From NCBI GenBank assembly GCA_024279495.1, contig JAJRRL010000003.1, positions 71,661-135,660 on the forward strand: a stretch of 64,000 bases of DNA, in the 5' to 3' direction. This DNA comes from Gammaproteobacteria bacterium. Its GTDB lineage: Bacteria > Pseudomonadota > Gammaproteobacteria > JAJRRL01. Positions 8,912 to 19,405 of this stretch are shown here, piece by piece. The position numbers and the translations under genes are program-made. Each line of letters begins with the position of its first letter. Position 1 is the stretch's first letter. The notes under the pieces were generated by a model that ran no database searches, was not told the DNA's origin, and was given only the letters and a program-made list of their open reading frames with translations.

Positions 8912-9430
8912 GGTGGTCACCTCGTTATGTCGTTGATTTTTAAGGTATATGCGCATTATAGCAAAATTGTTCTGACTTGCATGGCCGGGTTGGTTGGTAT
9001 TGAGCCAGAGCCCTTTAGTAAGGCTTACTTAGGGTGTCTTTCTGGCCTTGTTGGGGGCGAAGAGGTTTTTTTTAAACATCAGTAAAGTGGCGCTAAAATT
9101 ATCGATATAGCCTAATTGTGCGCCCTTTTGTTGTTAAAGTTAATAAATGACTTTTTCGAGAAGCGTCTCTTACTTGAGTAAATCAAAAAATAATCAAAAA
9201 TCACAAGTAAAGTCGTTTTATCCTTTTAATTGTAAGATAAGTATTCTTCTGGCTGTAGTCTATCAAGTAATGTCTTGTTATTTTTCATGCGGTTAAAGAG
9301 TATTTACTAAGCAGATCTCAAGGCTCTATGCTGTTGGTAAGGTATCGTGTAGGATTCGTCTAGAATTAAGGTGCCTCACGAGAGGCATCAGATAGCTTGG
9401 CTAGCCTAATTTTTTTAAAGAGGAGAGGTG

Positions 9431-10807
9431 ATGGCTTTTTGGAAGAAAGTAGCTTTGTTGTTGACCTTCTCCTGGGTCACCATGAGTGCTCAGGCTCAAG
9501 TGATGACGCACTTGTATGAAGCCAATGTGTCGGCGGCGTCTGGCCAGCAGTCTGCTCTCCTTACAAGACAAGCATGGCAACAGGTGGTTACAAAACTAAC
9601 AGGTCGTTTAAGTGCAACGCTGCCAGCAAAGCTCTCGAAGCCTTCTTCTCATACCCTGCAAAATTTAGTCGATCGCTTTGAGTACAGAACGACACCTGAT
9701 GGTCGACTATTTCATGTGGTTTTTTCTGCTCCTTTGGTGAACAACCTATTACATAGTGTGCAAGTGCCACTTTGGTTATTTGATCGGTCTTTAACTTTGT
9801 GGTGGGTGATGACTGTTGCTGACGATGGATCCGTGAGCCTACTTAGCATGGAAAGTCCAACTGCTAAAACAGTACTTGATCTTGCTAAGAGTCGAGCTTA
9901 TCCCATGGTTTTGCCGCTTGGAGATTTGAGTGATCAAGAGCCTTTGGTTGGCATGTCTGCAGCCCTTTCACCTGGTTCACTGCAAGCCTTGGCTTTGCGT
10001 TATCGTGTCGACCGAGTGGTAGTGACTCGAATAAAATCTGGCCTAGCTAGTGAGTGGATGTGGTGGAGCGACCAAGCTGAGCCTAAGCGTTGGGAGCAAG
10101 CTGACCGTCCAGATGTGCTCGGTGCTATTTCAGCAGGCTTGGCTCGAGTGATAGGGTATGAGCTTGCAGATGTTCATGTGGATACTAAACTAGGAGCCTC
10201 GATCAGCCGTGATTTATTGGTCTTGGGGGCCAATTCATTTGTTGCCAGTGAGGCATTGGCAAAACGCTTGGATGCTCAGCATGCGATGTTTCATTGGAAA
10301 CATGAGGTTTTGTCTCGAGATACGCTACGGCTGCAACTGACGTCATCTCATTCTCGATCAGCTTTGAGGCGCACTTTAAGTCATATTAGGGAGCTTACAC
10401 CTTTGTTGCATTATGGTATCCAGCAAGAGCCAGATGAGCATGAGCCTCTCATTTATGTGTGGGGGAAGGTCTTTCCTAGTCAGCGTGCCGCGTGGGTGAA
10501 TCAATACAAACATGAAGAGCCAGCAAAGTCGGTAGATCCTTTACCTACGGCTGATCCAAGTTCAACGAAAAGCGATGTTAAAAAAGCACTATCTGATCAA
10601 GATGATTTAGAAGATGCGCAACCCTTTGCTTATCATGCAGAGGCTGCTTATGCTATTCCGTCATCTGAGCAAGCCACAGAAGTGATGAGTAGTCAGCCGT
10701 TGCTCTCTAAGGTTGATTTACCCAAGCAGCAAGAAGAGCTAGCCGACACCTCCAATAGTGAACAGGCTTTTTCTACAGGTGATGATAATTTGGAAGGGGG
10801 GAGCTGA
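9431..10807 (+). CDS. DUF2066-family exported protein with acidic tail
   Basis: Signal peptide, LYEANV, VVTKLTG, PLW, LPLGDLSD; directly upstream of hda. Confidence 0.8.
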   Translation: MAFWKKVALLLTFSWVTMSAQAQVMTHLYEANVSAASGQQSALLTRQAWQQVVTKLTGRLSATLPAKLSKPSSHTLQNLVDRFEYRTTPDGRLFHVVFSAPLVNNLLHSVQVPLWLFDRSLTLWWVMTVADDGSVSLLSMESPTAKTVLDLAKSRAYPMVLPLGDLSDQEPLVGMSAALSPGSLQALALRYRVDRVVVTRIKSGLASEWMWWSDQAEPKRWEQADRPDVLGAISAGLARVIGYELADVHVDTKLGASISRDLLVLGANSFVASEALAKRLDAQHAMFHWKHEVLSRDTLRLQLTSSHSRSALRRTLSHIRELTPLLHYGIQQEPDEHEPLIYVWGKVFPSQRAAWVNQYKHEEPAKSVDPLPTADPSSTKSDVKKALSDQDDLEDAQPFAYHAEAAYAIPSSEQATEVMSSQPLLSKVDLPKQQEELADTSNSEQAFSTGDDNLEGGS

Positions 10808-11499
10808 TGATTGAGCAATTAGCGCTGGGTGTGACCTTGCGTGATGAAGCAACCCTAGATAATTTTTATGTTGCGGAGTCAAACCAGTTGTTGTGGTCTC
10901 ATCTTCAATCGGCCATTGAAGGAAAGGAGTCTTTTGTTTTTCTTTGGGGGGCTCCAAGTTCAGGTAAGACGCATCTATTGCAGGCATGTTGTCATGCTTG
11001 GCCTGAACGGGTGCAAGCGGCGTGTTACTTACCTTTGGATCTTGCTACCTTAGAACCCGATGTGTTGCATTCTCTAGAAAATATTCCCTTGGTTTGTTTG
11101 GATAACATAGAACGTGTTATGGGAAATGCAGAGTGGGAAGAGGCTTTATTTCATTTTTATAATCGCGCAAAAGAAGCTCGAACTGTGCTGATTGTTGCTT
11201 CTAGGTTTCCGCCACGGCAATTGCCGTGCTCTTTGGCAGATTTACAGTCGCGCTTAAGTTCAGGTCTTACCTGTGCTTTGATGTCTTTATCCGATGATGA
11301 AAAAATCACGGTCCTTACCTTGCGAGCAAAGCATTTAGGCTTGACCTTATCGTCAGAGGTCGCTTTGTTTTTAATGCGACGTTACTCGCAGGATTTGGCT
11401 CACCTGTGTGATTTACTCGTGTATTTGGATCGCTCTACTTTAGCGGCGCAACGCAAATTAACCATCCGTTTTGTTAAAACGGTATTGGCTTTGGGTTAG
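10807..11499 (+). CDS. hda: DnaA regulatory inactivator Hda
   Basis: QLALG clamp-binding motif, GKTHLLQA, WEEALFHFYN, DLQSRL, RKLTI. Confidence 0.95.
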   Translation: MIEQLALGVTLRDEATLDNFYVAESNQLLWSHLQSAIEGKESFVFLWGAPSSGKTHLLQACCHAWPERVQAACYLPLDLATLEPDVLHSLENIPLVCLDNIERVMGNAEWEEALFHFYNRAKEARTVLIVASRFPPRQLPCSLADLQSRLSSGLTCALMSLSDDEKITVLTLRAKHLGLTLSSEVALFLMRRYSQDLAHLCDLLVYLDRSTLAAQRKLTIRFVKTVLALG

Positions 11500-11520
11500 G
11501 CTTTAGTCCAAGTGACGTCC

Positions 11521-12690
11521 CTAGTACACAACACGAACTTTTAAGATGCCATCGATGGCATTAAGCGCTTCTAAAACAGTATCGTTGACGTTGCTGTCTA
11601 GGTCTAAAATATTGTAAGCATAAGTCCCTTGAGATCGATTGATAAACGTATCGATATTAACGTTATGCTGCGACAATGTAGAAGAGAGCTGAGCCACCAT
11701 GTTTGGTACGTTGCGATTAATGATCGTGAGCCGTGTATTAGAAGAGGGCGGCAGTGATGTATCAGGGAAATGAATGCAGTTTTTAAGATGTCCAAAAGCA
11801 AGGAACTCATTGAGTTGCTTGGCTGCCATCACGGCACAGTTGCTGGTGGCTTCAGCTGTTGATGCCCCTAAATGAGGAAGGCAAATAGCCTGAGGTGTGT
11901 CTTGCAAATCAGGGTGAGGAAAGTCGCAGAGATACGACTGAATGTGTTGTTTGCTAAGCGCTTCTTTGATTGCATCAATATCGACAATGCCTGCGCGAGA
12001 AAAGTTAGCGACAATGGTTCCAGGCTTCATTGCATTTAATAAGGAGGTATTGATTAGGCCTTTGGTCGCATCAAGTAAAGGAACGTGTATGCTGATGTAT
12101 TCGGATTGCTGGCACAATGCTTCTAAGCTGTCAGCACGTTTGACTTGAGAGGATAGTTGCCAGGCTTGTTGCATGCGTATCATTGGGTCGTAGCCTATCA
12201 CGTCCATGCCTAAAGCAATGGCAGCATTGGCCACTAAAACGCCGATATGGCCTAAGCCAATCACACCTAAAGTACGGCCTTGAATTTCTTGGCCGGTGAA
12301 TTGTTTTTTAATGGACTCGACAGTTTTTGACATGTCGGCAGCATCGCCAGATAAGCTGAGAGTGGCTTGATGTGCTTGTAATAAATGACGAGAGCCAAGT
12401 AATAGAGAACCAATCACCAGCTCTTTAACAGCATTGGCATTAGCGCCGGGTGTGTTAAAAACCAAAACGCCTTGTTCGAGCATGTCATCGCAAGGAATGT
12501 TGTTGACACCTGCTCCAGCGCGAGCGATAGCTAAAAGGGAGGGGTTGGCTCGGAGTTCGTGACAATTGTGGGATCGGCACAGAATAGCCGTGGGGTTATC
12601 GGCAGATGCGGAAACGTCGTGACCGGCTTGTGTGAGTAAATCTGTACCGAGAGAGTCGATGTGGTTGAAGAGTTGGATGGCGTGAGTCAC
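11521..12690 (-). CDS. serA: D-3-phosphoglycerate dehydrogenase with ACT domain
   Basis: ARAGAGVNNIP, NTPGANANAVKEL, GLGHIG, PHLGASTAEA; GTG start with AGGAGA RBS. Confidence 0.92.
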   Translation of the reverse strand: MTHAIQLFNHIDSLGTDLLTQAGHDVSASADNPTAILCRSHNCHELRANPSLLAIARAGAGVNNIPCDDMLEQGVLVFNTPGANANAVKELVIGSLLLGSRHLLQAHQATLSLSGDAADMSKTVESIKKQFTGQEIQGRTLGVIGLGHIGVLVANAAIALGMDVIGYDPMIRMQQAWQLSSQVKRADSLEALCQQSEYISIHVPLLDATKGLINTSLLNAMKPGTIVANFSRAGIVDIDAIKEALSKQHIQSYLCDFPHPDLQDTPQAICLPHLGASTAEATSNCAVMAAKQLNEFLAFGHLKNCIHFPDTSLPPSSNTRLTIINRNVPNMVAQLSSTLSQHNVNIDTFINRSQGTYAYNILDLDSNVNDTVLEALNAIDGILKVRVVY

Positions 12691-12763
12691 AATAGTTCTC
12701 CTAACAAAGGCAGACAACAGTATACGAGTTGTTATACACAATACACAATAGGAAGGAGAATTC

Positions 12764-13537
12764 ATGCATCAACTTTTAAGTCAGGTTTCCGATTGGCTTC
12801 CTAAACAACCTTTTCAAGTGGTTTCTTTCGATTGCGATGCCACGCTAAGTCATTTAGAAGGCATTAATGTGTTGGCTACGCAAAATGGAGTGGGTTCGGA
12901 AGTAGCTGCTTTGACCCAAAAAGCCATGCGAGAAACGGGCCTTTGTCCCTCGCTTTACCGTGAACGTTTAGAGTTGGTTCGGCCTAGCTCTCAACAAATG
13001 CTAGAGTTGGGCGGGCTTTATTTTGATGAGAGAACACCGAATGCGTGTCTTGTTATTGCTTTGCTGCAATCTCTGGGTAAGCGAGTGTATGTATTGTCTG
13101 CCGGCTTGTTACCTTCGGTGAAAGTGTTTTCGGAAAAACTTCAAGTGCCTAGTGGCCACGTGTATGCAGTCGATTGTTTCTTTAACGAAGATGGCAGTTA
13201 CAACGATTATGAGCAAGCAAGTTTGCTCACAAAAATGGATGGCAAGCTGACTTTGCTAAGGGAGCTGTGTGACCCTGAAGAGCGAATTGCGCATGTGGGT
13301 GATGGCATGAATGATGTGGCTGTTGCTGGAAAAATAGAATCGTTTGTTGGTTTTGGTGGTGGAAAATGCCACGATAAAATTAAGCAGTACAGCGATCAAT
13401 ACATTATTAACAATAGCTTAGCGCCGTTATTGCCATTGGTGTTGACAGCAGAAGAAGTGCTTGCCTTAAATCCAGCACAGCAAGCCTTGTTTGAGAAAGG
13501 CTGCCAGGCTATTTTGTCTGGCCAAGTGCTGAGGTAA
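12764..13537 (+). CDS. serB: HAD-IB phosphoserine phosphatase-like protein
   Basis: FDCDATL motif I, LSAG motif II, VGDGMND motif IV; divergent from serA. Confidence 0.75.
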   Translation: MHQLLSQVSDWLPKQPFQVVSFDCDATLSHLEGINVLATQNGVGSEVAALTQKAMRETGLCPSLYRERLELVRPSSQQMLELGGLYFDERTPNACLVIALLQSLGKRVYVLSAGLLPSVKVFSEKLQVPSGHVYAVDCFFNEDGSYNDYEQASLLTKMDGKLTLLRELCDPEERIAHVGDGMNDVAVAGKIESFVGFGGGKCHDKIKQYSDQYIINNSLAPLLPLVLTAEEVLALNPAQQALFEKGCQAILSGQVLR

Positions 13538-13563
13538 GTGTAAGAGTTCCAGGTAAGTGTTTT

Positions 13564-15183
13564 TTATAATTTGGGGCTTATTCTGATACCGTCGTCATTT
13601 TTGCTTCTACTTAAGAGAGGCTCGGATGCAGAATGTGTTCCTCTAGGAGCGCCTTTTTTAGCCCATTTTTTCATGACGAGTCTTGAGTCACTGGCTGATT
13701 TTTTTGGAGGGTTTCTCCAGCTAAGGCGAGATTTTGATTGTTTGTATGAGCGCATGGCTTTAAGTCGAACATTTCCTTTGTTGAATTCTCCACGTATTTC
13801 TTTTTCACTATGTTGGCTCTTTTTAAGCTCTCCTAAGCATTGTTTTAGTAGGCCTTTTTTTTCTTGCAATGAATCTGCTGTAGGTTCACTGCTCCCTGTT
13901 GTAGCAAGGTTTAGATCCTCTGCTAGAGTAAGAGCCTTTTCTTTGTACTTTGCAATGTCTTTTATGGCGCTTACTAACTTGATGGATTCATCACGCACCT
14001 CATCTTCAATGGCTCGATACTCCTCCTCTGTGTTGGCGTTTGCTTTCGGAAGCAGGCCTCTTTTTTTGATCTCTCTCACAGTTGTGTTAAGCTTTTTCTC
14101 TTTGCTGTTTAACGTATTTCTCAACTCTCTTAAACCTTTTTCAAGCTCTCTTCTATTGTCGGTGTAGTCTGTTGTTCCAAGTTCAGCATAGAGCTGTTTG
14201 CCTGATTTGACTTGATCAATAGAGTCTTGATGGTTTGTTTTTGCTGTTATGTATTCGTCGTAGTCATCTTGGTATTCAAAGAGTAGCGCGTTGTCGGTAT
14301 TAGGTGTTTCTGCTGCGTTTGCTTCAATGCTCTCATTTGGCGTGGGTGTCTGCAATGAACGTTCATGTGAGCTAGCGTCAATACCCAATGTTTCCAAGGT
14401 GTCTTTAGTTCGCTCAAGTGTGTTTTCGCTTCCGGCTACTTTTTTTTCTGCGTCTTTTAGCTGCGCCTTTGCTGTTTTGTAGGTTTTACTGATAGACCAA
14501 TGGCCTTTTTTCTTAACTTGATTGAAGTTATCTTTCGCTAACGCTAAGTAATGCTTAGCTGTTTTTAATGCATTGAAGGCATTTGTGAAATCGCTTTTGG
14601 CCTCTGCTTTGTTTGTGTTTTTAGAAGTGTCTATTTTTTTGCCCTCTTCTTTTAGAAGGCTTTGCGCTGATTGTAAGCTGCTGTTTCTCGTTTCTTTGAT
14701 TAAATCATTTTCTGTGTGGCTTTCTTTTCCATGATGTTTTATGAGGATTTCAAGGGCTTTTTTGTTTTCTTTTATAGCTCCTTTGAAAGCAGTCACGGCA
14801 TGGGCTAATTGCTTTATATTGCCTGTGAGCTCGCTGTTTTTGTGGCGTGGGTGGCTCAGCCCTTGGTCGCAGTGTTTCGCTGATTGTTGTAGTGTTTTTT
14901 CAGCTTGAACTAGATTATCGAGTGCGGCGATTAACTGATCTCTTGAGTGTTCGTAGTTTGGTTCGCTGAAGCTCTTTTCAGTTTCATTGTCAATTGTGTT
15001 CTTGGCTTCTTTTAGGTAGGCCGCGTCAAGTGAGGGGTCTTGAGAGTAATCTTCCAGGGCTTGATCACACTCTTTTTTATATGAGTCTAAGCTTTCTTTG
15101 GAAATGAGTTCCTTAGAATGATAATCAAGAGCAGTTAGGTAAAATTCAAGAGCGTCCTTAAGTTGGGCTTTCTTGTTTTCCAT
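13564..15183 (-). CDS. Orphan coiled-coil protein, candidate effector
   Basis: 539 aa, Lys/Glu-rich heptad-like stretches, basic C-terminus. Confidence 0.75.
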   Translation of the reverse strand: MENKKAQLKDALEFYLTALDYHSKELISKESLDSYKKECDQALEDYSQDPSLDAAYLKEAKNTIDNETEKSFSEPNYEHSRDQLIAALDNLVQAEKTLQQSAKHCDQGLSHPRHKNSELTGNIKQLAHAVTAFKGAIKENKKALEILIKHHGKESHTENDLIKETRNSSLQSAQSLLKEEGKKIDTSKNTNKAEAKSDFTNAFNALKTAKHYLALAKDNFNQVKKKGHWSISKTYKTAKAQLKDAEKKVAGSENTLERTKDTLETLGIDASSHERSLQTPTPNESIEANAAETPNTDNALLFEYQDDYDEYITAKTNHQDSIDQVKSGKQLYAELGTTDYTDNRRELEKGLRELRNTLNSKEKKLNTTVREIKKRGLLPKANANTEEEYRAIEDEVRDESIKLVSAIKDIAKYKEKALTLAEDLNLATTGSSEPTADSLQEKKGLLKQCLGELKKSQHSEKEIRGEFNKGNVRLKAMRSYKQSKSRLSWRNPPKKSASDSRLVMKKWAKKGAPRGTHSASEPLLSRSKNDDGIRISPKL

Positions 15184-15358
15184 GATTACGCACCTGTTTT
15201 TTTTTTACCTTACTCTATTATTATAGTATATAGGTGTGAAAAAGCTTGGTGCGGGAAAGAGCTAGTGAATCAATGGGTTGCAAGCAGAGTTGTGTTGAAT
15301 CTCATTGGCTCGATGTGTGGTGAGCCAATGGTTTTGCTTTAATGCTACGAAGGGTGGT

Positions 15359-16705
15359 TTACTCTTCAGAGGCTAACAACTCTTCCAAAAAGTGAATGTT
15401 CGTTCCACCTTTTAAGAAGTCTTTGTTGTTGAGTAGTTTTTGATGTAGCGGCACGTTTGTTTTGATGCCATCAATGACTAGTTCATCGAGCGCTTGTCGC
15501 ATTCGTGCAATTGCAATGTCACGCGTGTCTCCCCAAGTAATGAGTTTTCCAATCATGGAGTCGTAATAGGGAGGAACACGATAACCGCTGTAAATATGCG
15601 ATTCCATACGAACTCCTGGGCCGCCAGGAGCATGGAATGCTTCGATGACGCCAGGGCATGGTAGGAACGTGAACGGATCTTCTGCGTTGATTCGACATTC
15701 CATGGAATGTCCGCGAAAGATGATGTCCTCTTGTGTGTAAGGCAGGCCTTCACCAGAAGCCACACATAATTGTGCGCGAATTAAATCAGTTTGGGTGATC
15801 ATTTCACTAACGGGATGCTCTACTTGAATACGAGTGTTCATTTCGATGAAATAAAATTCTCCGGCTTCGTAGAGAAATTCAAAGGTACCTGCGCCACGGT
15901 AATTAATTCGGCAACACGCTTCCACACAAAGTTTGCCAATAGCGGCGCGCTCTTTTGGAGTGATGCCCACAGCAGGAGCCTCTTCAATGACTTTTTGATG
16001 ACGTCTTTGTGTTGAGCAATCACGCTCACCTATGTGCACAGCATTGCCTTTGCCATCACCAATAATTTGTACTTCGATGTGCCTAGGAGTTTGTAGGTAT
16101 TTTTCCATGTAAACAACAGGGTTACCAAACGCAGCTTGTGCTTCTGTCTGTGTGGTAGCAATGGAGATGACTAGCTCACTGGGTTCGTGTACTACTCGCA
16201 TGCCGCGACCACCGCCGCCACCAGCGGCTTTGATTAGAACCGGATAACCAATGCTGTCAGCAATCGCTTTATTGGTATCGTCATTTTTACCTAGAGCGCC
16301 ATTTGAGCCAGGAATGCATTGAATGCCAGCTTTAGTCATTGCTGCAATTGCAGAGACTTTATCACCCATGGTGCGAATCGTATCTGCATCAGGCCCAATA
16401 AACGTAAAGCCACTACTTTCAACTTGTTCTGCAAAATCAGCATTTTCAAATAAAAAGCCGTAGCCAGGATGAATAGCATCAGCGTTAGCGATTTCAGCAG
16501 CGCTAATAACAGCGGGAATGCTTAGGTAGCTGTGTGTGCTATTGGCAGGGCCTAAGCAAATGGATTCGTCAGCTAATTTCACATGCATGAGATCAGTGTC
16601 ACCTTTGGAATAAGCAGCAATGGTTTTGATGCCCATTTCTTTGCAAGCACGCAGTACGCGCAGCGCAATTTCGCCACGATTGGCGATAAGAACTTTGTTA
16701 AACAT
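15359..16705 (-). CDS. accC: Biotin carboxylase
   Basis: [39 protein letters not shown]. Confidence 0.98.
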   Translation of the reverse strand: MFNKVLIANRGEIALRVLRACKEMGIKTIAAYSKGDTDLMHVKLADESICLGPANSTHSYLSIPAVISAAEIANADAIHPGYGFLFENADFAEQVESSGFTFIGPDADTIRTMGDKVSAIAAMTKAGIQCIPGSNGALGKNDDTNKAIADSIGYPVLIKAAGGGGGRGMRVVHEPSELVISIATTQTEAQAAFGNPVVYMEKYLQTPRHIEVQIIGDGKGNAVHIGERDCSTQRRHQKVIEEAPAVGITPKERAAIGKLCVEACCRINYRGAGTFEFLYEAGEFYFIEMNTRIQVEHPVSEMITQTDLIRAQLCVASGEGLPYTQEDIIFRGHSMECRINAEDPFTFLPCPGVIEAFHAPGGPGVRMESHIYSGYRVPPYYDSMIGKLITWGDTRDIAIARMRQALDELVIDGIKTNVPLHQKLLNNKDFLKGGTNIHFLEELLASEE

Positions 16706-16711
16706 AATGAA

Positions 16712-17170
16712 TCACTCTTTGGTGTCGATGATGAAAAGAGGTTGATCGAATTCAACCGGTTGTTCGTTTTCAATAAGACGAGCACTGACAATGCCAGCTT
16801 TATCAGCTTCAATTTTGTTGAACATTTTCATGGCTTCAATCATGCAAAGTGTATCGCCTACATTAACGTGTTGACCGATGGCAACAAAAGGAGACTCGCC
16901 AGGTTTGCTGGCTAAATAAACGGTGCCGACCATTGGGGACTTGAGTTCGTGGCCTGGTATTGGAACCACTTCTTTTTCTGCTGGAGCAGCAGGGGCGTTT
17001 AGAAGAGCTGGAGCTGCTGGGTGCGCGATTGCATGTAGGTTTGGCCCGGGTGCCGCTTGATCTGGATAGCGCTTTATGCGGACCATGTCATCGCCAGTGG
17101 TGACTTCAATTTCAGCCATGCCAGTTTCATCGAGTAGTTCAATGAGTTTACGTATTTTCCGAATGTCCAT
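16712..17170 (-). CDS. accB: Biotin carboxyl carrier protein
   Basis: SPMVGT and the EAMKM biotinylation motif. Confidence 0.97.
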   Translation of the reverse strand: MDIRKIRKLIELLDETGMAEIEVTTGDDMVRIKRYPDQAAPGPNLHAIAHPAAPALLNAPAAPAEKEVVPIPGHELKSPMVGTVYLASKPGESPFVAIGQHVNVGDTLCMIEAMKMFNKIEADKAGIVSARLIENEQPVEFDQPLFIIDTKE

Positions 17171-17171
17171 A

Positions 17172-17627
17172 CTAGGTTTGCTCCTTTGATGTGTGGATGT
17201 GGGTGAGAGCGAAGTCCAAAGCTAAGTGATAGCCTTGAGTTCCTAAGCCTGTGATTTGGCCTAATGCAATGTCTGCCAAATACGAGTGGTGGCGAAAGGT
17301 TTCGCGTTGAAAGATGTTGGTGATGTGTATTTCGACAGCAGGAATCGCGGCTGTGAGTAACGCATCTCGCAAAGCAATGCTCGTATGAGCGTAAGCACCT
17401 GCGTTAATGAGTATGATATTGATGGCTTCAGTGCTTGCTTGGTGCAAGCGCTCGATTAAATCTGACTCAGCATTGGATTGGTAGGCAAGTAGAGTTGCAC
17501 CTGCGCGTTGTGCGCGAGCGCTTAAAGCCCGAGTAAGGGAGTCCAAGGTTTCCTCGCCATAGAGGGCTTTCTCACGAGAGCCGAGCATAGCTAGGTTAGG
17601 ACCATTGAGGAGTAAAATCTTAGCCAT
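17172..17627 (-). CDS. aroQ: Type II 3-dehydroquinate [11 protein letters not shown]
   Basis: NGPNL, QSNAE, HTSIALRDA, EIHITN, FRHHSY. Confidence 0.95.
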   Translation of the reverse strand: MAKILLLNGPNLAMLGSREKALYGEETLDSLTRALSARAQRAGATLLAYQSNAESDLIERLHQASTEAINIILINAGAYAHTSIALRDALLTAAIPAVEIHITNIFQRETFRHHSYLADIALGQITGLGTQGYHLALDFALTHIHTSKEQT

Positions 17628-17784
17628 GCGTGCATTTTGCCTTAGCTGACCTTTAAAGTCCAATTAACTTCAGATAAGAACACTTTCGACGCTTTTCCCC
17701 GACGTTAGGCGCTTAAGGCGATATCTATGACCATTAATTGAGCTCTCCTTGCGGATTGATTTTCCACCTCTAAGCTTTGGAGGG

Positions 17785-18190
17785 TTTTGCACATTTAGAG
17801 TGGATATAGTTGTGGATAAGCTAGTGAGAACTAGGTAAAAATCATTAAAAAACAATGCCTTATGTAAAAAGCTCTATTTTTAAACAGATGGTGTAAATTA
17901 GCGCGTTTGTATCCACAAAATCTGTGGATAATAGTGTGGTCAACTATGTTGTAACTCTGTTTTTTAACTTAAAATCAACAAGTTACAATAAGAGTCATTT
18001 TTTGAACAGCTTCGCGTGGGTGAAAGGTGGGAAGTGACAAACAGGAAGAAAATGTGGATAAGTCTGTGTGTATCTAGTTTATAAGGCGTTAGGAAAGGGG
18101 TATAAGAGTTAAAAGACATTGTTTTTCAATTGGTTAGATGATTATGTCAGAGTCTGTGAATGAAGCCTGGTGTTCACATCAAATATCCGC
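17785..18190. promoter_or_regulatory. DnaA-box cluster with IHF site (oriC-, datA- or DARS-like)
   Basis: TGTGGATAA at 17811, 17923 and 18053; near-boxes at 17785, 17909 and 18155; IHF consensus AATCAACAAGTTA at 17973-17985; AT-rich noncoding DNA. Confidence 0.7.
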
Positions 18191-18281
18191 ATGCGTCAGT
18201 TCTGATGTTGTGCTGCTGTTGAGTCAGGCGTATGATAAGCCCCTCTAGCAGGTGATCGTTTTGAATGACACTTAGCTGATT

Positions 18282-18632
18282 CGATGAAAAAGCGGAACGT
18301 ACACTTTAATGGCTGGATCCCCGCCTTCGCGAGGACGTTCGTAAGTGAACTTGCTCCGCATGAGCATTTTGAAGAGAGTTTTATTGATCTAGAAAGATCC
18401 TTAGTCCGTATTTCATACGAACAGGATCAAGCCTAGGTCCCCGATGTCACTACGTTGCCTTCGGATGACAAAAGGTTAAAGCTATTTTTAATTATGACCA
18501 AAAATGGATGTGGGAAATTCCCAGTTTTGAGGTAAGGTTAGACTAAAAGTCGATGAGAAAGCGGAACGTACATAAAGTACATGAGCATTTTGAAGAGAGT
18601 TTTCGTTTAAGATTGACCAAAAATGGGGATTT
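18282..18632. repeat. Composite repeat locus: two RPE-like modules (one with nested insert) plus a reverse REP-like unit
   Basis: GCGGAACGTACA..CATGAGCATTTTGAAGAGAG occurs twice; GATCCTTAGT..GTCAC..CGGATGACA. Confidence 0.85.
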
Positions 18633-18667
18633 CTTTGTGTTAACCTTGTTATTAAGGACTTGATCTG

Positions 18668-19405
18668 ATGAGACAGGTACCTACTTACGCCATCATTGGT
18701 GATGGTCGTTTAGCGCGTCATATGACGCATTATTTATCGCTGTTGGGCGTATCGTATCGCCAATGGAGTCGACGTACTCATAAAGACGATGAGTTAGCGC
18801 CGCTATTGTCTCAGTCAACACATGTGTTGGTGTTATTGAGCGACACTGTCATTGTTGATTGGGTGAATGCGCATCATGCCAAAAATTCAGAAGCTGTTTG
18901 GGTGCATTGCTCAGCAGTGGTGAATTCCTCTTTGGCTTTCTTTGCGCATCCGTTGTTTAGTTTTCCAGACTCACTGTATTCATTGGAGTGGTATCAGCGC
19001 ATTCCTTTTTTTGTATCATCCAAAGCGCCCAAGTGGGAATTTTTGTTACCAGGTTTATCTAATCCACATCATTCCTTGCAAGAAAAAGATCGAGCGCTGT
19101 ATCACGCGTATTGTGTGTTAGCAAATAACATGACGGTGTGCACATGGCAGCATGTCTTTTCTCAAATGAAAGAGCGCTTGGGAATTGATTCACATTATTT
19201 GCAGCCTTATTTAGACGGTACTTTCGAGCAACTGAAAACACAATGGCAAACAGCATTAACAGGCCCTATGGTTCGTGGTGATTGGGAAACCTGTCAAACA
19301 GATGTAAAGGCCTTGTCGGGGGATTCTTTTCAAGGAGTATTGGAATCAATTATGAAAGCATCCATGAGTGAGGAGAAATGGCGTGAGTATTCTAAAACTA
19401 ATTAA
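18668..19405 (+). CDS. panG: PanG-like ketopantoate reductase (Rossmann + DUF2520)
   Basis: IIGDGRLA, HCS, HPLFSF, YHAYCV, ALTGPMVRGD; first gene of the pan cluster. Confidence 0.8.
   Translation: MRQVPTYAIIGDGRLARHMTHYLSLLGVSYRQWSRRTHKDDELAPLLSQSTHVLVLLSDTVIVDWVNAHHAKNSEAVWVHCSAVVNSSLAFFAHPLFSFPDSLYSLEWYQRIPFFVSSKAPKWEFLLPGLSNPHHSLQEKDRALYHAYCVLANNMTVCTWQHVFSQMKERLGIDSHYLQPYLDGTFEQLKTQWQTALTGPMVRGDWETCQTDVKALSGDSFQGVLESIMKASMSEEKWREYSKTN

Noticed and set aside
13571-14167. Long antisense ORFs (also 37494..38066, 37023..37442, 48912..49295, 23838..24215)
   Set aside because: These are shadow frames fully overlapping well-supported genes on the opposite strand.
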